Origin: Chlorokybus atmophyticus
Taxonomy: Eukaryota > Plantae > Mesostigma and Chlorokybus algae
DNA length: 64,000 bases
Assembly (NCBI GenBank): GCA_009103225.1
Contig: RHPI01002262.1
Location: forward strand, 1,188,406 to 1,252,405
Reading direction: 5' to 3'
A program made the translations under genes and the position numbers. Shown piece by piece: positions 57,376-64,000 of this stretch (its first letter is position 1; the number at the start of each line of letters is the position of its first letter). Below the pieces are notes generated by a model that was not told where the DNA came from, searched no databases, and saw only the letters and a program-made list of their open reading frames with translations.

Positions 57376-60300
57376 TCACCCGCAGCGGTTGGGCACGCCA
57401 CCTGAGTGCACAAGCATGCATGAGCACATGCACATACAATCAGACACAATGTGAAGAGGAGTACGTTGTAAGATGGTATGTATGTGCACACCTCCGCCGC
57501 AGGTCTGTGCGGATTGAGCGCAGCCGCCGCAGTCGATGGCGCGACCGCAGGCGTCCACACCGGTCCCGCACTCGTAGCCAAGAGCAGCACACCCGCCCGC
57601 AACACAACCTGCTTGTAGCAAGTTCATGAGGCACAGACATATACACACCCACGTGCACACACGCAAGCACGCGCAAACAGCATTGCACGTATCCTCACCG
57701 TTCGGTGCAGCCTTGCACGGCAGCCCTGCACACACACGCGCCTCACGTGTTACTACTCTTCACCCTCGACCACACCACGCACCGTATCAAACCCCACGCT
57801 TACCGATGTTGATCGCGTACGCCTTGCCGGTGCTTGCGTTCGGCACCGAGTAGAGCGTGAACGGCGCGACCAGGAGGGAGTGTCCACGTGATGTGTAGAC
57901 GGCGCTGTTGCCGATGAAGTAATCGCGGTCGAAGTACTTGGAGCGGTCACCGTTGTAAACGTCAGGAACAACTGGGAGGGGGGACGAGTGGGTGGGTGCG
58001 TGTGCGTGTGTCTACGCACATCAACACACACACGTATTCACGCACGCACACACTTACGCCTTCGTCATCAAGCGCATATGCCAACGAACTCACGCGCGCG
58101 CACCCATCCACGTGCCCGCACAGGCACCCACCCACCCACCCACCCATCCACACACATACACACACACACACACAACCACGCTCGCGCGCACTCATACACG
58201 CACACAGTCATGCCCACACCCACGTACTGTTAGCGAGCGTCGCGACGTCCCATCTGACGCAGCTCCCCGGTCCAAACCAGTTTCGTGTGGATCGTTTGTC
58301 GAGCTTGCACTCGGTCAGGAGGAGCCGGTCGCCCTGGGTCCAGATCAGGACGCCGGTGGAGGTGGGGAGCAGCTGGAGAGGCTCCTCGACTGAGACACAC
58401 GCATGAGACAATGCAGCTCAAAGTCAATGAGGAGATAGAGACCATCGCTGCATGTGTGCTCTATGTGTACATATGCAAGCACATGAGACCAGTTGTTGTG
58501 TGTGTGCATGCGGGACACGCACGCACACGCACACCCACACGCACACGCAAACACACAGGGAAGCATACTGTTGTACCGTATCTCCCCGTCAGTCCCAGCG
58601 CGTCTCTCTCCAAGTCGTATCTCCTGCACTCCAGCGTGGGCACGCAGACCCACACGTACACTCCCTCGCTCCACGTCAGGGGATCTGAACCATCGGTGTA
58701 GTGCATCAGGAAGAGGGCGCGGCCGGCGTAGGAGGCGGCCGTCGCGGGGCTGTACGGGAAGGGAGCGTTGTCTGGGGGGAGAGAGAGAGAGATGTGAGAG
58801 GGAGGGGGAGGAGGGGGAGGATGTGGGCAAGAAGTAGTGCGTGCGTGCGTGCGAGTGTGTTGCACATGTACTGACACGATGGTTTAGCACATGCACTTAT
58901 AAACTCATGTGTGCGCATGGCACGCACACATGCATATAGGCTTGTTCGTGTGTGTACACATGAGTACAAGTATACAAAAGCACATGCACGCTTGTGCACA
59001 ACCCCGCACACGTAAGCACACACGCGCGAGCACGCACGCACACGCGCATGCCCACCTTCCAGCTCTGTCCGCAACTCCACGATGCTGCACGCCTGCGCCC
59101 CGAACCCACACCTCACCACCACGGGCCTGTTCCCTCCTCCCGTCCACGGCAGGTTCACGTACACGGCGCCGCTATCCGCCGCGAGGGCCACCATGTTGGT
59201 GTTGGGTGGCGTGAACGACGGGAGGGGGACGTTGATGCATCCGGTTGATGTTGGGCCAGTGTTGGGGTCGCATGACCACAAGTCAACGTAAAAGTATTGC
59301 TGGTTGTTCGTGTCAAACTTGCTGGCCTCGATCGCTATGTAGAGACGCCGGTTGGTTATAAGCAAAGCCTTGGGGGTGGATACGAGAATCTCCGGGCCTG
59401 GGTATAAGGGTATGATCAGGGTGTTGGAGTGATACAACAGTAAGATGGTAGTCACGTACGTGTGTAGAGTGTGTCGCGTGTGTCGAATGCGGTGCATGTT
59501 GATAGATCTCTGCTGTTGCATCGGACGATGCCCACGGTCTCGTCGTTGGCGGCCAGAATCTGGAGAACCGCCGTGAAGTAGAAGTGGTTGCGCCAGACAG
59601 CCACGGACGTAAGACCGTTGACCCAAACTGCATGGGGAGATGTCTGTGTGCGTGCATGCGAGTCGTGCGCACACACACACACGCACGCACAAACACATAG
59701 ATACATGTGTGTCTGTGTCTGTGTCTGTGTCTGTGTGTGTGTCTTGTGTTCAATTGCGCATGTGCGTGTGCACGTCAGCGTGCATGGATGGGAGACTCAC
59801 AACCACAATGTCTCATGTCTTGCTTACTGTTGTATCCTGGCACGGAGGGTTGGTGGACAGAGCAGTCGGTTCCATCCACGCGGCAGTCGTGGATTTCGAG
59901 CTGCTGGCGATTGCGGCTGAGAACGAACAGAGCTCTCCCGTCATCGCCGTTGGGGATGACGGTGAAGGGCTCCTGGTCAGACGTGCTCACTGCGTATACA
60001 CAACCGTACACTCAAGTGCATATCAATGCGTCTGTGCGTGCATGTGGTGTTGCGTGTGGGTGTGCACATGCGTGCACATGCCTTTGCAAGTGCGCATGTA
60101 CCAGACAGACTACATGAAGTCTATCAGTTTACCAGTTGTGAGCTCTGTGGCTGTTACTGTTGGTCCGGCTTTGTTGGGCGCATTGCAGCCTGCAAGGTAA
60201 GCACTGTAAGCTTCCATGCGCTACTGCTTGTGGCTGACTTTGCCAGGCAAACAAGAGAATGAACAAGCAAGCATGCAATGTTGTTGCTTGAAGCTCTGTG

Positions 60301-60431
60301 TGCTGCCCACCAAAGAAAGACAAGTTGGGGCAACTGTTGCTGTCATAGTTGTTGTTAGCCAGCGCTGGGCAGCAGCTCAGAGCTGCTACCGCAATCAGCG
60401 ACCCAATACACAGAAGCGCAGTCCCCTTCAT
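57376..60431 (-). CDS. Secreted Cys-rich protein: probable disulfide-stapled beta-propeller plus a C-terminal Cys-rich module
   Basis: Signal peptide MKGTALLCIGSLIAVAALSCCPALA. About 11 GT-AG exons, all introns phase 1. Six hydrophobic-x-x-C..C repeats. Ends in CVAGGCAALGYECGTGVDACGRAIDCGGCAQSAQTCGGGGVPNRCG*. Confidence 0.8.
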
Positions 60432-61668
60432 TGCAGCAGCGACTATGACAACAAAAAAAACACTACAAACTTCCAGAACAGATGCACATAACACAGCCTT
60501 TATCACTGCGCTCTGTCTGTTACTAGGCCTACACGTGGCATTACTTGATAAGGCGTGTTGAACCATGGAGGACTGCATGTAACCGAGTCGGTCATGATCC
60601 GACAAAGAGATGGCATCGCAAGGACAGACTTGGCAGGCCGTGGCGTCATTAGGCATGTAGTGTCTAGTGTAGGTGTACAGGTGAGTAGTGTACAGGTGAG
60701 TGGTTGTGTACCGTGATGGTGTAACGGAGACTTATGCTTATAGTTGCTCTTGCGACTGGCCGCCACGAGCTGGAAACGCGTCGGACGCGTTGAAGGAATG
60801 AAGCGACCTTTTTCTATTCACCTAGATTTCATGGCATGTGCATGAGGCATTCAACACCAGACCAGAGGTCAGATAGATGAAGCGTCACTCGATCTTTTCT
60901 TGCACGCGGCTGACATAACGGCACTGCTTGCGTGGCTGGTGTCAGGCTGCCCTTGCTTTAAGAAACGCGGTGTTTCTGCTCTGATGACTCTGGCAACTCG
61001 GGTGCAATGGGTGTGTTGTAGAAGACCATCAATGACTGCAAATTTGACCTTATTCATGTCTGACAGTTCGCGCAACATTGAACATGCAGCTACTTGGTAC
61101 GTGGATTCAGAGGCAATTACATGGTTGCAGTTTATTAATTTGTTTTATTTATCTTGCAACATCAATAACCATTCATGCATTATAAATTAGCAATTATGTA
61201 CATAATTGTTGAGCAATGCTTGTGCAATAATAAGTGATTTACTTACTTGCACTTAAGGCATGATAAAACAAAAGCAAGATCCCTCGTGTGACGAGAATAG
61301 ATCACGAGATGAACTGGCATAATGTGATGTAACACTCTACTTGCTATATATTATATAGCTAAGCCATGTTAGAATGGCTGTAAGCGAATACATGTGCCGA
61401 TTTCAATATATGAATGGCATCTTGTTTATTTCAATGTTTGCATATGCGCGTATACAACTTTGTTGAACACATTTTAATATACACGAAATGATTCAGCTAT
61501 TCGCTATGCATAAATTGTTCGGCTTTAGCCCCGCTGCGAGAGGTGACATGGTGTGATGCATTATAAGTATATACAAATTCAGATTCAGATTTTTATTGAT
61601 AATTACATCATCATTAACACATATATGAACTGCAGAAAGACGAGATGGCTGTTGTACTATTCGTATAC

Positions 61669-61673
<5 letters not shown>

Positions 61674-61716
<43 letters not shown>
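61674..61716. repeat. (TA)n microsatellite in an AT-rich island
   Basis: About 21 TA units. Confidence 0.95.
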
Positions 61717-61722
<6 letters not shown>

Positions 61723-64000
61723 ACAATATAATTATATATATTGAAAAAAATAGTGGGAATCAATATGAACACGAATATGCTAACAGCTTGTGAACGTGTT
61801 GCCGACTCGTATATATGCCTTATATGCATGAATAACATTACAGGCAATACGAAAAAATTGATGAAGTAATGAAATATTAAATCAATGTGAAGATAAGTAA
61901 GCTACTGTAGCACGACTGTAATCCAAAGTCATATAACAACTGTCAGCACAGCGTGTCCTATGAAGTTGCAATGTGCAAGCATGATAAACAAAGCCGACTC
62001 AGGCAATTATGAAGATTGACTTACATTATTATAAATACGTGCTCAAAAACCCATGTTCAACTCACATGCACACTCATCACCAAGTTTGTGTTGTTGTGTA
62101 ATTAATAACACCATTAATATCGGCACCATGCGCACGCGTGTGTTGTTCACCCACAAGCACTCTACGCTCTTTTATGCAACTCATTTATCCATCAAAGCAT
62201 TTGATTTTTGATGTATGGATCCATCCGTAAAAAAGCCATTAACAGAATGTCGCACGTTTCATAACTCACATGCTCAAGAGGATACGACTTGAAACTGCTT
62301 GTAAAGGATGTAGCCCTAGTTGCATTAAAACTGTACTACAATAGTTTTTAATATAGATTCCGGCTAGCCAAGTTCTAAACACACATAGCAAAATCATTTG
62401 TAAAGTACGTGAAAGCCTTGCAATGCGCGTATTCAATTCAGTTCTTCAACAAGCAAACTTGAATTTGCATGCAAGTATGCTACTATACAAATGACAATCC
62501 GTAACTCTTGAAGTGCTGTCCGTAATTTGACACACGTATTTATCACAACGTATGCATGGTAAGAATATATATTCAACACAGCGTAATTGGCTTAGTGATT
62601 ATCACCACCCGTTTGAGGCTGTTTAAATTGCTACGATATGAGCTGCATGTTTCTTAACTATATAGTTTACAATGCAATATTGCATATATTTAAGTTTCAT
62701 ATGTGCATAATGCGCTAGTAGCATGACGTGCATATCTGTTGTGTATTCGAAGTAAAACCAATCAACATTCCACTTAATACGCTATTGCATTGCTTTAAGC
62801 ATATATAAATGACGTCAAAACCGTTTTGTTAACGTTACGTTAGCTGCTGTATTTATTCAACTATTGGTACACACAAAAAGTATTGAAGTCGGACTTTCTT
62901 AGCCACCAGGTTGCAAACTGTTGTGTATTAACATATTATGTCGTGCCATATACATGATATATATAAATTCAATATTATAAGGCCAACACGAGAGAAAATG
63001 TAGCACCCCCACATCATACATGAATATGCGGGTGCTACATTTTAATCTATCCTGTAGCACCGCCACACTTCTACAGTCACGCACGAATTGCAGCGCGCAT
63101 GGGTAATCATTATATTGGTTGCCTATGGTGATTAGGGCTCTACTAATAGGACCATCGACCCCTTATTGCCATAATTCGGAGTCCACCGGCCCGCGCTGTC
63201 GTGGCTACCACGTGGGTACTCGCGACCCCGAGGGATCGAAGGCTATAAGAAAGATTATGTGGCGGTCGTGAAAGTCACTACCAAAGATGTCGCCGTCTTC
63301 TTAACAGATATCTTCTGTTTGGCCGCCAGAAATCTTGTGCCGTCAAAAGCAAAGTTGTGGCTCTCGTCGAGATTTGCCGCCATTCAAAAGTTATTGCCAG
63401 TATACGAGGTATATACGGCCAGTATGGCTGATGATTTATTAACTACCAGAATTTCGGGCCGTTTTGCCCGGGGGCGATCGCCATAGGCAGCGAAATGCAG
63501 ATAACAATACATGCTGCATCAAGCAAATCATGGCTCTCATGTGTAATACTCCGTTGACAGGCTGTGCTCAGCCTTTCAACTCTCAACTTATGCAATAATG
63601 CATAAAAATATGATCACTGCACATGTACATGCACCATGTGCACAAGTTCACACACAATGTATCTGCATAATAGACACATATGTCTATTATGCATATGGTC
63701 ACATGCACAGTGTCAAATAGCGTTGAGTATAATACAACTTTTAGTGAGCCTTGCCGAGTGTTGAACTGTTCATCTATATGAATACATTATTATAAAATGG
63801 CATTCATATTATAATCCAAAAGGTTTTTGCTATGGAGCAAAACCAATTTGCGCATGGAGGTATAATACAGAGATGCACAAACCATAGTTATTATTATCAT
63901 ATTATAGCAATATATGTGTACATGTGTGTGTGTGTGTGTGAGTGTAGGCGGATTATACAAATTGAAAAAAAACGCCTCATGCTGTTTTATCATGTGCGAT

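Noticed and set aside
60869-61190. Short ORFs upstream of the secreted protein
   Set aside because: No motif and no consistent splice model; likely UTR or intergenic sequence.

Overview
Intron-rich nuclear DNA from a green alga. The evidence is plastid transit peptides, a cpRNP, Lir1, IAR1 and a possible flagellar docking-complex protein; the exact lineage is not determined. Most ORF-track entries are artefacts of CA/TG/CG-rich introns or N gaps, so I built spliced gene models by hand. The window holds 13 protein-coding genes: cpRNP, a small plastid membrane protein, WD40, a PptH-like metallophosphoesterase, a tail-anchored coiled-coil protein, an F-box/XPA-domain fusion, a plastid PDZ protein, an M14 carboxypeptidase, a cN-II-type 5'-nucleotidase, PTH2, an IAR1-type ZIP transporter, LIR1, and an ODA-DC-like coiled-coil protein. 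It also holds a secreted Cys-stapled repeat protein, tRNA-Ser(CGA), a dead 4.75-kb pogo-like transposon inserted into a ~175-bp tandem array just 3' of the tRNA, a truncated CENH3-like relic, AT-rich degenerate islands and five assembly gaps. The most interesting items are the F-box + XPA DNA-binding-domain fusion, back-to-back splice acceptors between two genes whose ATGs are 71 bp apart, an algal LIR1, a secreted protein ending in a myxobacterial-type Cys module, and six GC-AG introns. Family assignments come from recalled motifs; no database searches were run.
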